Part shown: positions 13,038 through 26,100 of the stretch, piece after piece
How the letters are laid out: the number at the start of each line of letters is the position of its first letter
How positions within the stretch are numbered: position 1 is the first letter of the stretch
Assembly: GCA_964016885.1 (NCBI GenBank)
Contig: OZ024746.1
Span: forward strand, 66,898,001-66,962,000
Length of the DNA stretch: 64,000 nt
From: Eledone cirrhosa
Lineage: Eukaryota
Direction of reading: 5' to 3'
The notes under the pieces: model-generated
What the model saw: only the letters and a program-made list of their open reading frames with translations
The model's database searches: none
Told to the model about the DNA's origin: nothing
Position numbers and translations under genes: made by a program

Positions 13038-13296
13038 ATTAAAGGTGGAAAACTGGGAGAGGGCACTTGCCTTGGTGGTCAGGGTCATTGTGGCTTTTTA
13101 CTGGTCTTTCACCACAAATGTCCCTCCGAAGTCTTCCCCCTATTGGGAAATTTTTCATTGTTATTTTCATTGTTATTTTTGTTACATCCTCTGTTTTTGT
13201 TTTTTACACGCAGAAATGCCCATTTGTACCGTCCTGCATTGTCCTGCACTGTCCTTAATGTCTACTTTATGTAAACCCTTGTGGTTAATAAAGAAA

Positions 13297-13298
<2 letters not shown>

Positions 13299-13358
<60 letters not shown>

Positions 13359-13361
13359 ATC

Positions 13362-13410
<49 letters not shown>
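13299..13410. repeat. Compound (ATT)n(GTT)n(TA)n(TG)n microsatellite
   Basis: Direct inspection. Confidence 0.95.
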
Positions 13411-14610
13411 AGTGTAGGTGTCAGCTTATATGCGTATGTGTATGTTTGTATTGTGTGCGTGCGTAACAGTTTGAGTAATTTAGCCTTATCGTTCATGCAT
13501 GTAACAGAAATCTTAGATTTATTAAAGTCAAGTGTCGAGTTATTCCCTTCTCGCGATGAAGTGCTGATATTGGCTCAGTGTCGCAGTGTTATGTGGTAGA
13601 CAGACAAGGATCACATAATGGATTTTATAATTGTTGCAAACATCAACGTTACATATGCAATAGTTTAATGATTAATTCCTGGTTACTTTCATAGTTGCCT
13701 TCGCTTGTACTATACCATTGTATTGATTTTTCGTTTGCAATCCACTATTAATAGTACTCTCATCGCTAATCTTCATTTTTTTTAGTGGAATTGAATTTAG
13801 TGTGCACAAAACAACATATTCTCTGCACATTTGCCTATGACCGTATACATATATATTTGTTAGTTTGTTTAGTTCGGTATATATATATAGTAAGCATACC
13901 GAACTAAAAAACATCTAACAAATATACATGTACACGGTCATGTGTGAGTGTGTACGTGTGTGTGTATTTTAAGAGAGTGTTGTATGGTTGATGTAGAGAG
14001 GGGGGAGTTTGGTAGTAATGAATATAATGAGAAGATTGATAGAGATATGTATTGATAGATATAGAGAGGAAGAGAATTTGTTAATGATGGATGGAATGAG
14101 AGGGAATGAGAGAGCGTTTTGTACGGTAGACATAGAAAGTTGGATAGTTTGGTGGTAATTGACATATAGAGAGAGTTTCGGGGTAGAGAGTTTCGTGTAG
14201 TAGATATAGAGAGGTGTAGATTTCAATGCTTGTAGACATAATGAGGGGGCTGGGAGAGATAAATATTGCTAACTATAGAGTGGTGATAAATATTGCTAAA
14301 TATAGAGTGGTGGTTATGAGAAACAGTATCGTAAAAGATATGGAGGGGGAGGGGGGTTGTGATGGATAGAGAAAGAAAGATTACGAGAGAGTGTGTTAGA
14401 GATGGTGAGGGCGAGAGTTTGGAGGTGATTGATATAAAGAGAGGGATTGGAAGAGTGTTTTGTATGTGAGATATAGAGACGGTGAGAATTTAGTGGTTGT
14501 AGATATAGAGAAAGGATAATGTGAGAGTGCCTTGTAGTAGACATAGAGAGGGTCCCAAATAACAGGAAGCCTTGGAATCGGTAAAGGTATAGTTTACGTT
14601 CGTAATATAT

Positions 14611-14825
14611 TAGTTTCTTATATAGGCGCAAGGTAGTAATTTTGGGGGAGGAGAAACTCGATTAAATCGACACCAGAGCGTAACTGGTACTTCATTTTAT
14701 CGACCCCATAAGGATGAAAGACAAAGTTAACCTCGGTGTGATTTGAACTCAGATCGTAAAGGGCCGTAACTCTATGTTGCAAAGCATGGCGTCCGACCCT
14801 CTACCGATACTGCCAATTCACCGCC
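14611..14825 (-). mobile_element. tRNA-derived SINE, long-tail subfamily
   Basis: Same head and core as 6371, with the extra GTCGATTTAATCGA...CCCCCAAAATTAC segment. Confidence 0.9.
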
Positions 14826-14903
14826 GTATATTGTTTGTTTTCATTCCTACGGACATGAGAATGAAAACTCAATAAGGAAATAGACCTTAAATAAGTGATA
14901 AGC

Positions 14904-14949
14904 CTTGTACTCTGGAGTTTCATTGTGTACTTACAGGATCATCAGACAT
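14904..14949 (-). ncRNA. Degenerate hammerhead ribozyme
   Basis: Minus strand reads TGT-CTGATGA-TCCTGTaagtACACAAT-GAAA-CTCcaGAG-T-ACA. Stem III is perfect, stem II is decayed, and H17 appears lost. Confidence 0.5.
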
Positions 14950-15101
14950 GAATGGGGATCGTGTGAGTGCGGAGGTGTGAAACTTTACAGTAGCACAGCC
15001 GACCAATAGCCATGTGTATATATATATATATATGCTAACTCATCATTTCATATAAGTAGGCCGAATTTACTTGCAAACCGCCAGAGATTTTACTATTTTC
15101 C

Positions 15102-15157
<56 letters not shown>

Positions 15158-15234
15158 CAAGCGATGGGTACTTATCCTTCCGTTTTCAAGTATTATACGC
15201 TATTTTATAGCATTTCCGCGCACGAGCACACGGG

Positions 15235-15299
<65 letters not shown>

Positions 15300-15322
15300 G
15301 TGTGTGTGTGTGTGTTGTGTGT

Positions 15323-15376
<54 letters not shown>

Positions 15377-15566
15377 CTGGATCCCGGGTTCAATAGGGGG
15401 TAAGCACAATAAGCAAGGTACTCAATACATAGCGGAGTATGAATATAGAAATGGCTTTCCTGATGATTTTCTTCGAATGAAACAGTTCTAGTCCTGTAGA
15501 TGCCATTTCTATATTATATATGTGTTTGTGTGTGTCTGTCTGTGTCTGTTTCTGTGTCGTCTGTGT

Positions 15567-15638
<72 letters not shown>

Positions 15639-17786
15639 GTGTACGTTTCCTGTTTTTTTAGATGATTTCTGTTTCGAAGAAATGGTTCCCACAGGTGTGA
15701 TATTTACAACTCCGGCAGCTCATAACTTATAATATACTCTTTAGTTGTCCTATATAGAATAACCCATATTAATTTGAACTTATGTGTTGTATATCCACCT
15801 AGAAAATAATACTCATATATCTAACTTTGTACATTCTCAATACAGTAGTGTTAGATAGATTTTCTTGGAAATACATTGGGCATCACAATTGTTGCAGCTT
15901 TTCTATATGAACTAATCTAATGTTCAATATAGTAAATAACAGACTACTTAAAATGTTATTGAAAATTCATGAAAATGTAGCTTTCAGCAAACATTCATAC
16001 GCTAACATATAGTATTGTTAAAATGATATATTTCAAGTTTTGTAAGTAGCTAGCTAAAGAAAACATTTACTGGTTTACGTGTTTTTGATCAACAAACAAC
16101 AATGAAATGCGAGGAGAAAAATTCTAAGATGCGTTATCTTAATGGATTTCATTTCACATTAATCATGCTACAGGTTTTATCCTGTCTTGATAGAATGATA
16201 GTGTAATGTCAATAGTAGCATTACGTGTCAATAAAATATGCATAAATAATATTCCAGATAATTTCCTAATCATTCTTATTACTCTCAATATACAGAAAAC
16301 TTACACGTAAGAGAAGAAATTCGAAACTTGGTAGGTTTTAAATTATTGACGCACTATTTTCTTTAAATCGGTAAAACATGGATTAGTTTAAAAATTCAAA
16401 TAATTATATTTCTTTTGAATAAAAACATATTTTGATATGATTGAATAAAAACATATTTTCAAAGATTGAGTTTAGTAAGTGTTCACATATTATAGAGTTA
16501 CGTTGAGTATACGTCTTTCGAATATTGTATATTTGATGGTGGAATGTTTCAAATTCTAGGAGAGGGGAATTGTTTTTCTTTTTCTAAGTCACAAACAATC
16601 TAAGTAATATTTTAGAAAATTTAATTTTTGAAGGGAGATTAATTATAAATTTGACTACATTGTTAAATACACAATATATGTATCGTTTTATATAGTAAAT
16701 TCGTAACAGGTTTTGTTATAACACACGCTGCGTTTTCATGTCCAAATAATCCCTGGATTTCCCTGAATATTGAATCCACTACAACATACCTTGTAGATAA
16801 ATCAAGAGAAAAATTGTATAGGCTAGCATTAGCAAGCACTCAACTATGGTTATAGAATAGTTCGGGATTTTATCATACAGAACAATACATATATATTTGT
16901 ATGCATGTATGTATGAACCTAGCTCAGTTACTTACGGATTATAATCTATCTGTAGTTTCGCATCGAATAATACGATGTATATTGATAAGAATATCCACAT
17001 CTATTACATATTTATATTTTGAATGTAAATGATATACGTTGGGAAAACATAAACTTTTCCTTATAGATCAAAGGCATCTGTTGCTCGCTATTTCAAAGCT
17101 GCTCTATATTATTTTAACTTGAACTATTTGGTTACGACTCGTTTCAACGCTCGGATATATTACATGCTTTTTGTTTGCGTTGCTTTCTGTGTCTATATCT
17201 GTGTGTGTCTGTGCGTGGTTGTGTTTGATTAAGCATAAGCAAAGGCGAAGTATATCCACAGCTTGAAACACCAGCAGTAACCTAATGTAATAACATATAT
17301 ATATGTAATATTGTAGAAAATTATGGATCGCCCCTTCGGACACTGCAGAGAATAAAAGAGTGTTATGTGAGCATCTGCTAGATTCTAAGACACTTTTTTT
17401 CAAACTCTTGAGTCAAAGATTTAGGTGTGAAGAATTTGTCATTTAAGGGATTTCACTTTAGCTTGTGTTTGAAAAATATTATGAAACGTGACTAAGGTTT
17501 CACTAAGTATTTCAAAAGGCATCAATACCCAATTTCATTAACATATCACACCAGTCATAATACAACTATAATAATTAGATCCCAGTAATTCATTTCGGCT
17601 CCAACAAAATATCACAAAAAATATATATAGAACACGTAGATTGTACACAGAGGACATAGAATATTGAACTTGGAATTAAATACTTTCTAATAATGGCCTA
17701 TAGCACGATTGTTTAGATGAAGTTAATTTACATGGGAGTGTGTATGTGTGTGAGTGTGCGTGTGTGTGTGTCTGCATGCGTTTGGT

Positions 17787-17884
<98 letters not shown>

Positions 17885-18465
17885 TATATATATAGGGGTG
17901 AACGCCAGTTTTGTGTGTCGTGTGTGTTTTTCTGCTGTGTGTATATATGTATGTAGACTGCCTTTGAACGACGTACGCGTGCATATTTATAATGATGATA
18001 CTTGTAGTCGAACTAATCCGTTTCATCCCTAACTTCTTGAAAAGAGAACAAAAAAGAAATAGCGACAAAGTCAATGATTTACTAAAGGTTTCGCTTAACA
18101 GGATCACTATTTCGCTCACATCGAATCTCCTAGCAATGACTGTTATTAGAATCCATATCGACGCAGCTGCAAAGATCTGAGCAAAGGTTAATGTAAGTTT
18201 ATATCCAATTACAATACGAAATCGCTTTGAAGAATTACACAGACAGTTAATATCGTGTTATTTGATCAATATTGATTTTGCATTCGATTTCTAACTTTAC
18301 TTACCGGGAATTCCATGTTGCAAAATCATTTAACCTGATGCAGTTTGCAAACTGATATCGCAAACACATATCAGAATTACTAAAAAAATAATATATAGTT
18401 TTTATTTCCAAAGATCTCGTTTTCCTCAGATAGCTTGATATCTAGGCTATATTCTATTATATTAA

Positions 18466-18630
18466 AGGGCGTTGGTTGGGTGCCATTCTTTCCAACATAG
18501 AGTTATGTCCCTTTACAGCCTGGGTTCAATCCGCTTAACTTTGCCTTTCATCCTTACGGTGTCTATACGATAAAGTACCAATAATGCACTGGGTTAATTG
18601 CTGGCATTGTGCCAAAAGTAGAAACAATTA
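18466..18630 (+). mobile_element. tRNA-derived SINE, degenerate
   Basis: Core GCCTTTCATCCTTACGG and tail GTGCCAAAAGTAGAAACAA. Confidence 0.8.
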
Positions 18631-18921
18631 TATTATATTAGAAAGCATTACATTATATTTTATTGATTTACATTACATATAATATTATATTATTTTGTAT
18701 TTTATTATATTACTTTATATTTTAAAGTTTGAACAGCAGGATATTTATTTCCTCCCTTCACAATTAAATAGTAGGTCGCAAAAAAATTGACAACTTTCAC
18801 ATATATATATATATATAGAAAGAGAGAAGATGCCCCAAAAACCGTATAGGCAGTTTGATTACCTGCACAGGCAATATTTATTTGAGTGCTTTTGAAGTGT
18901 GTATACATTTTTGCGGACACC

Positions 18922-18972
<51 letters not shown>

Positions 18973-20780
18973 GGAAAGTGTATGTACTTTCTTAAGATAT
19001 GATTAAAGGGTTAATTGTCCATTACTCTTACCATTTTTAGCAAATGCGTAGTCTTGCTCTTAGAGACAGGATATTACATGTGAATGCAACACAATTCAAT
19101 GTTGTTTTTATTTAACAAGCGTCATAGAGTTCTTGTTGATATTTTCATTTCTAAATTTCAATATTTGCCTTGTTGTCCACTTTTTTTTTTTCATATAGCA
19201 ATATTTCTTTATCTGACTTTAAAGGCATAAATTGGTCGCCTTTACTTTTGCATCTTAAGCCTCTTGACATTTGATTTCAACCAATTCATATAGAGGGTAT
19301 TTTTTGTATTTCTTCAAAATAGGAAACACTTTCAAAATACACTTTCCGGTGAGATTACAATTTGATGGATGTTCGTGATTTAATCACTATTTCATTGAAT
19401 TTGGTTGATATTAATTAATTGGGTGCTTCACCAAGTAGGTACGCTTTCAATGAAATTATATTTTAAATATTGAAAGACGAGGAACATCACTACTATTTCC
19501 TGTTTTAAGCTGATTATAAGCGTGTGTAGTGTTGTGTGAGACTCACTAGACTGTCGGATAGAGAACGTCATGAATTGCCTCCTATTTATTCCTAAATGCA
19601 ACCCCTCCTCTAAAAATGTCATTATTGTTCCTCTCGAGGTTGATATATAGATGACAATAAGATGGAATTAATATATGTTTAAAACCGTTATTGCTGTAGC
19701 ATTGTTGCGGTAAAATGTATGAATAAAACCAACAGAAATACATATCAATTGTCACAGTACCTTCCTTATACGAAACAAAAATTCATATTTATTATATATA
19801 AAACGTTTAAATATAACTTTCTGTGCACAATTGAACTTATTACATTATCTTGAATAAAATCCTATTCAATAAAGGACAATTTTGGGTATATCCTTACATA
19901 TGCATAGCCGAATTGATACTGAACAAAACTAGCTAGCTGAGAATTACATTTATGGGAATCTAAATACATATATAGCTTAAATAATCGGAAATTCTATAAC
20001 TTAAACGTAAATAACTGCTGAAAATCATTTACAGTAAGTATCAATCCTATCCTACAACTCAAGGAAATAATTAAATTGTGCTTCTATCTAATACATCAAT
20101 ATATAAAGAAAATTCAGCTGAAAAGAAATAATATATAGTACAAAACCACGGGGATAGCAAACTAGGAAAGGACAAATCTCGTTCAACTGCATCTCATGAT
20201 GCGTTTAACTTGTAATGTATCCAGATGCTCCTTGTCATTGATAATACAAATAATTGCATTGCCCACTGGCTATGAAAACTATTTGGAAAAAAGTTGGAAA
20301 TGGTAGCAAAAGTTGTATGGAATGTCTGGCAGTTATAATATACCAATGTATCAGCAGTAGTAGGAGAAGAAGAAATAAAGAACAACAACAATGTATCTGC
20401 AGTTAAATAACATATTGTCTATTTTCTGCCAGTTTTCTAAGACAGTCAGTAATATATGCATACCAAATAATATCTGCTTGTCACTATGACTTCCAGATCT
20501 CCATCAGATTGAAGTAAGATGGGCACGATAATACTGCTACACGATGTAACCTAAACGAGGCAGTAAAGCATCATATCCATTAATTTAAAGATGTTAACTC
20601 CAGAGTTGAGAAAAGAACTTCTTCATTATGGCTTGATTTAACAAATAGAACAGCACTTATGTTTTCAAATCTCAAAAATTTAATGGTTAAACCTTATGAA
20701 ATAAATAATTTGATAATGTAGTCTTCAAGCATGATTCTCAGCCTCGTCCTTACACTCTGGTTGATGTGTTCTCGTATACC

Positions 20781-20940
20781 AAGGAATTACGAACGGGGAG
20801 TCATGTCTGAAGTGTAAGGAGCCGAATGAAGCAGCTAAATGCTTTTCTTTACCAAGAAACCTTGGATATGCTGTGATTAAGCCGGAGCATTTTCATGATG
20901 CAGCTGCCTCGTTCGTAAGGCCAACAGATCTTGTCTCTTG
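20781..20940 (-). pseudogene. Mariner transposase relic (DD34D region)
   Basis: Minus strand translates KRQDLL...QLHHENAPA*SQHIQGFLVKKSI*LLHSAPYTSDMTP, matching LHHDNAPAH...FLAK...HPPYSPDLAP. Confidence 0.65.
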
Positions 20941-21578
20941 AACCAACCGAAATTCTTGAGAATGTTGTAATTGAGGCGACGTAGTATATGAGCTGAGTTA
21001 AGTAAACCCGTACAGTTCAGATCTGAATAGATAAAATAAATAAAAAGAGAAAAATCAACCCCTGTTCTAGTTTGGTAATTTATTTTTCAACCCTAAAGTT
21101 ACGAAAGTCGAATCCGATATCGGCGCTAAGAGCACAGAGAGTCAGAATAAATACTGTAATCATTCTAATTCGACTTTTAAATGATTCTTCCGTCTCTCGA
21201 CCAAGTACCGATGTATATATTTATTGAAATATTTCCTCTAATTTTATTCGTAATATGGCACATTCTATTTCTGCGTTTGTCATTGTTTATGAAGCTTTGC
21301 AGATTGCTAATGACATTATGTAATACTGGTCATCACTCATTTATATTTCCGTGATAATATACAGCAGAGTCTGTGAGAGTATATATTGTGTAGTAAGATT
21401 ATATTATTGCCATATTATGAATACTACTGTATAAAGTTATGAAATGACAAAATATAGACATATTGTACTCGTCGGACTTTAGATATGATAACCAATAATT
21501 GCTGAAAATTACAATAAATAAATAAATAAAGTAAAAATGGCGTACACATTACAATACAACGGGAGGAATCATAATAGT

Positions 21579-21620
21579 ACCACTGATGATGTTACAGATG
21601 TGTGACGAAATAACTTTGAT
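21579..21620 (+). ncRNA. Minimal hammerhead-like motif (family C)
   Basis: ACCA-CTGATGA-T-GTTACA gatg TGTGAC-GAAA-TAACT-T-TGAT. Homolog at 22661. Confidence 0.6.
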
Positions 21621-21853
21621 AGACTATATATATAAATATAAATTTAGCGAGAATCGCATTTCGGCGGGTAGAAATTAGCGAAACGCAACTTCCGTATTGT
21701 GCAGACAAGCGCTCCATGGATATGAAGATTTCTGAGCTATAAACATAAGTTAAAATGGTCATACACACTGAGACGGTGGTTAAGAAGCCATTAACCACCT
21801 TAGCCAAAAAAAGCGAACAAGCTAAACGGGTCAAACAAAATAAGATATGATTG

Positions 21854-21900
<47 letters not shown>

Positions 21901-21939
21901 ATATTAAATAAATGGAAACTATATTTATAAAACCATATT

Positions 21940-22001
21940 TATTCTATTATATAGATTTCAAGGGAACCAAAAACTTTGGTACGCTTTCATCAGATAAAAT
22001 A
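21940..22001 (-). ncRNA. Type I hammerhead ribozyme (family A)
   Basis: Minus strand reads TATTTTAT-CTGATGA-AAGcGtACCAAA gtt TTTGGTtCcCTT-GAAA-TCTATAT-A-ATAGAATA. Confidence 0.7.
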
Positions 22002-22247
22002 CAAAGTGTGTTTTATAAATTTTGACATAGCCAAGGAAACATACCTTATCAGTTGAATTTTCCTTGGATAGTGAATTTAAAGAACGGATTTTTCAAAATT
22101 GTTAAGATGAATATGCAAATGAATATGTAAATGAGGTTGAGTTATATGATTGAAAAACCTTTATTTTAAGCGCTATGGAAAGTTTAGATATATTAGTAGG
22201 AGAGAAAGAAAGAAAAAGAAAAAGGAAAATGAAAAAGAAGACTTCTA

Positions 22248-22276
<29 letters not shown>

Positions 22277-22284
<8 letters not shown>

Positions 22285-22913
22285 ATATTTGGGGAGGGTC
22301 ATATTTGCGTAATATTGCCAGAATTAATAACAGAACACACTCACTGTTTGGTTGGTTTTCGCTTCTCGCTGTCTTTTATATATATATATCTGCGATCTAA
22401 CTTACTCGGTCCTCAATGTTGCCATTGACTGACCGGCGGTCAAAAATAATACAGATACAATATAGACAAACACATATATATATAGTTTACATAAATCTTT
22501 CGTTGCACATCTGCAACATCGTCAGTGGTGTTATATTCATTGTTCCTCCTGTTGTGTTGTATGTCTACGCCATTTTTTTGTTCAGTCTGTCTATCATAGA
22601 CAGACTGAACAAAAAAATGGCGTAGACATACAACACAACAGGAGGAACAATGAATATAACACCACTGACGATGTTGCAGATGTGCAACGAAAGATTTATG
22701 TAAACTATATATATATGTGTTTGTCTATATTGTATCTGTATTATTTTTGACCGCCGGTCAGTCAATGGCAACATTGAGGACCGAGTAAGTTAGATCGCAG
22801 ATATATATATATAAAAGACAGCGAGAAGCGAAAACCAACCAAACAGTGAGTGTGTTCTGTTATTAATTCTGGCAATATTACGCAAATATGACCCTCCCCA
22901 AATATAACAATAT
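22277..22913. repeat. Perfect palindrome, 318-bp arms with a 1-nt spacer (C22595)
   Basis: No mismatch seen between arms. Mirror ORFs 22416..22625(+) and 22565..22774(-) differ only at the central codon. Confidence 0.95.
22661..22700 (+). ncRNA. Minimal hammerhead-like motif (family C); mirror copy at 22490-22529 on the minus strand
   Basis: ACCA-CTGACGA-T-GTTGCA gatg TGCAAC-GAAA-GATTT-A-TG. Confidence 0.6.
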
Positions 22914-23113
22914 CTGTTTCGACACACGATTTCATATAAAAAACCTCGCAAAACTAATTCATCGCCGCTATATATATATATATATATATATTTATATCTG
23001 TATTTTTAATCGTTGGTACAGATAAATTAACTATGACGATATAAAAGATACACAAGCAAAATCCAATCCAAACCAAACAGTGAGTGTTTATTACTATTAA
23101 TATTATTATTATT

Positions 23114-26100
23114 GGCGACCTACATAGGAAATCGTATTATCGTGAGCTCCACAAAGATTTGTTGTTTTCAGTTGTTTCAAATTGCCAGTTATGGAAAATT
23201 TTGTTGTTCAGTGTTTATAAGTTCACATATATTGCTTTCTGAAAAGGACACTCAATAGTGTTGGGGCCTTGAGCCCAAAATTTAAACTTTATTTATCAAA
23301 CAAAAACATTTCTTTGAAAAAGAAAAACATAGACGGCATTCAGCTACTCAAATCTGCTGTTTCTAACAGACTAACATCCCCCACCACCACCACCATTGTA
23401 AACCTTGCCACGGTTGCCGACACTGAAAATGTTATCAGTAGCAGTCTCAATTATTTAGATTTGCCGCATACAGACATGGATTTCCCGCCATTACCAATAT
23501 CTACAGGTGTTAAAGCCACCATCCCCACCACCACAATGTCAAAAAGAACAACCAACACCACCGATACCACCACCACCACCACCACCACAGCCAGAGCTGA
23601 AACAAAAAGAAATTATTATCTCGTGATATCGAAATGGATTCTCCCAAAATCGACACTTCCGCGCCGAACGCCACTGACACCAGCACCACCACCACTACAA
23701 CTGAAACTAAAAATGATAATAACAAAAATAACAATAAAAACAACAGCAACAATAAGAACAACAACATCAACACCAGCGCAAAACCAAATGAGTCGTTTGC
23801 TAAAGAGGCAAACAAAAATGAAACGGTTGCGGTAAGCCAGGAGGAATTGAATGTAGCCAAGCGAATGGTACAAAGATATGGTTACAGGGTCAGTCCCCCC
23901 CACCCCTCCCCATCTAATACCATGGAGCACCGGCGCCTATGCACCGTGTCATATCAGACAATAAATATTAAAACGCGCCGAGTGGAACGGGCATCGGAGT
24001 TCCACATACAAAAACTTTGGGACATGTGTGGGCTCAAAAATTCCACATCAGACGTGGGAAAAAACAGGTACGGTCTGGCTTTCCCGAATGTGCCAATGTG
24101 GACATGGACAAACCGCATCGGGTCATCAAGATTATATCTAGATAGGGTATCTTGTAGGGAAATAGATAGGTCTAGCATAGGCTGTCCAGAATTCAAAATA
24201 TTCGACTACATGGACCACAAATCCGTGAATTGTGAGGTTAACTTACATAGGCTTCATAGACAGGGACCCGGCTACTGGAATCTAATTGCGTCATTAACAG
24301 CGCGCAAGGCCTTCAGAGAACGGATTAGCGAACTAGTTAAGCGGGCGTTGACCGGGGGCATCGTCAACAACAAATGGTGGTTTACTCTGAAAGAGCGATT
24401 AAAATAGAGTCCATTAGGTTTAAGGCAATAGAGAAAAATAGAGCAGAGGGAGTACTAGTTAGAAAATTAGACGAGGCGCTTAGTAAAGGCATCAACGTAA
24501 TTGCGGCGAAATTGGCCCTTGGCCAATTCTTCAATGCAATGCACGAAGGCTCCGTTGTCAGGGCTAGGGTGCGTGCTCTCAGACAATGGGCCCGAATGGC
24601 GGAGGCGCGTCGTGGCAAGAAAGCCACAATCCGGTCTGTAGTGGACTTTGACTGACGCATGCTACTCGATCCTGGGCAAATGTTTGAAGCTTTTCAGCGA
24701 CACTTCGCACAGCTGTTCGGGGCAGCGGCGGGCTGGATCGAGGGATGGACTTTAGTGCCTACCGCGACGGACTGCCGCGGCTCTCAGCCACTGAGGCGGA
24801 GTGTGGCGAAAAGCCGATAACAGCCGCTGAAGTACTGGAGGCAATGGCTGGCTGCACAAGGGGTAAATCGCCTGATTTGGATGCTCTGCCCCATGAACTT
24901 TACGTACAGATGCCAGACTTGTTCGGAGGCCTCTTGGCGGAAGTCTACTGCATCTGGCAACAGAACGGCAGAATTCCCAGCTTTGTGAGCCGAGTAGCGG
25001 TGGGGCTGCTGAGAAAGGATCCGAACAAGCGGGATAACAGATAATTTCAGGTCCATAACTCTGCTAAACACAGAGTTCAAGATTTTGGCCAAGGTGCTAG
25101 CAAAGAGATTGGCGCTTGTCTTTGGTGGTCTGGTGGGAGAATTCCAGACAGATCGATCAACAACAACCTCCACCTCATGCGATACATCGTGGAGATGGTA
25201 GGTCCTTGATCAATTTAGATGAGTCGAAAGCTTTCGATAGTGTCGCCATCGTTATCTGGCGACAGTCCTGAGGGCGGCTGGCTTTGGGCTCGTCTTCAGA
25301 GGCTGGATCGCTGCCATGCACGGCAACATCTGCTCTGTGGTGAGAGTGAACGGTCACCTTTCGGATCCGTGCAACATCATGCGCTCGATCGGCCAAGGAT
25401 GTCCCCTCTCGTCCCTCTTGTACGTATTGACTCTCGAGCCATTACTGCAGAAACTGGAGACGTTGAGGGGGTCCCACGCGAACTAGGATGCGGAAGATCC
25501 GTGTTAGCATATGCGGACGATGTCACCGTAGTGGTATCGAACGCCAAACACATCGAGGCGATCGGCACTACACTAACAGAATACGAAGCAGTGATAGGAG
25601 CAAAGATTAACCAGGAAAAGTCGGTGGGCCTGCAGCTCGGCACCTGGAGAGGCAGTTCCATGGCGTCCAACAGCATCGTCGGGCTCTGGGCGGACGGAGC
25701 GGTTAAATTGCTCGGGGTCGGGATAGATCCGGACCTCCAGACGGACAAAAACTGGGACGAGGTTACGAGCAGGGTGGCTTCTCTCATCTAGAAATGGGCG
25801 GAGAGGACGCTATCCCTGAAAGGTCGGGCGGAGGTAGCGAATGCGTACATCGCGTCCGTCATCTACTATGGCCTGACCGTCGTGCCTTGTCCTAAGCCTC
25901 GCCTGACTGCGGTGGAGTGGTTGCTCTTTCGATTTTTGTGGAAGGGACGCTTTCCGATGGTCAGGCAGTGCATCTGCTGTCAACACCCGCTACGTGGAGA
26001 GTTGGGCATGCCGTGGCTGATGATGCGCAGACACGCGTTCAGGCTAAGACATCTCCACCTCTTCCTCGACGGTGATCAGGTGTGTTCGCCGTTTGCTAGA

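Larger units (their letters stand above)
7270..13298 (+). mobile_element. L1/Tx1-clade LINE, near full length (copy 1)
   Basis: 5'UTR, ORF1 with CCHC knuckle, ORF2 APE-RT-zf, 3'UTR with AATAAA at 13287 ending AAGAAATC. (ATT)n lies on both flanks. Confidence 0.93.

Noticed and set aside
14929-15010. First coding exon MSDDP|GTAAGT with a CCAAT box on the minus strand
   Set aside because: The same bases are better explained as a decayed hammerhead (CTGATGA...GAAACTCCAGAGT) in a repeat.
15210-15240. Helitron-like 3' hairpin
   Set aside because: The stem is weak and there is no CTRR terminus.
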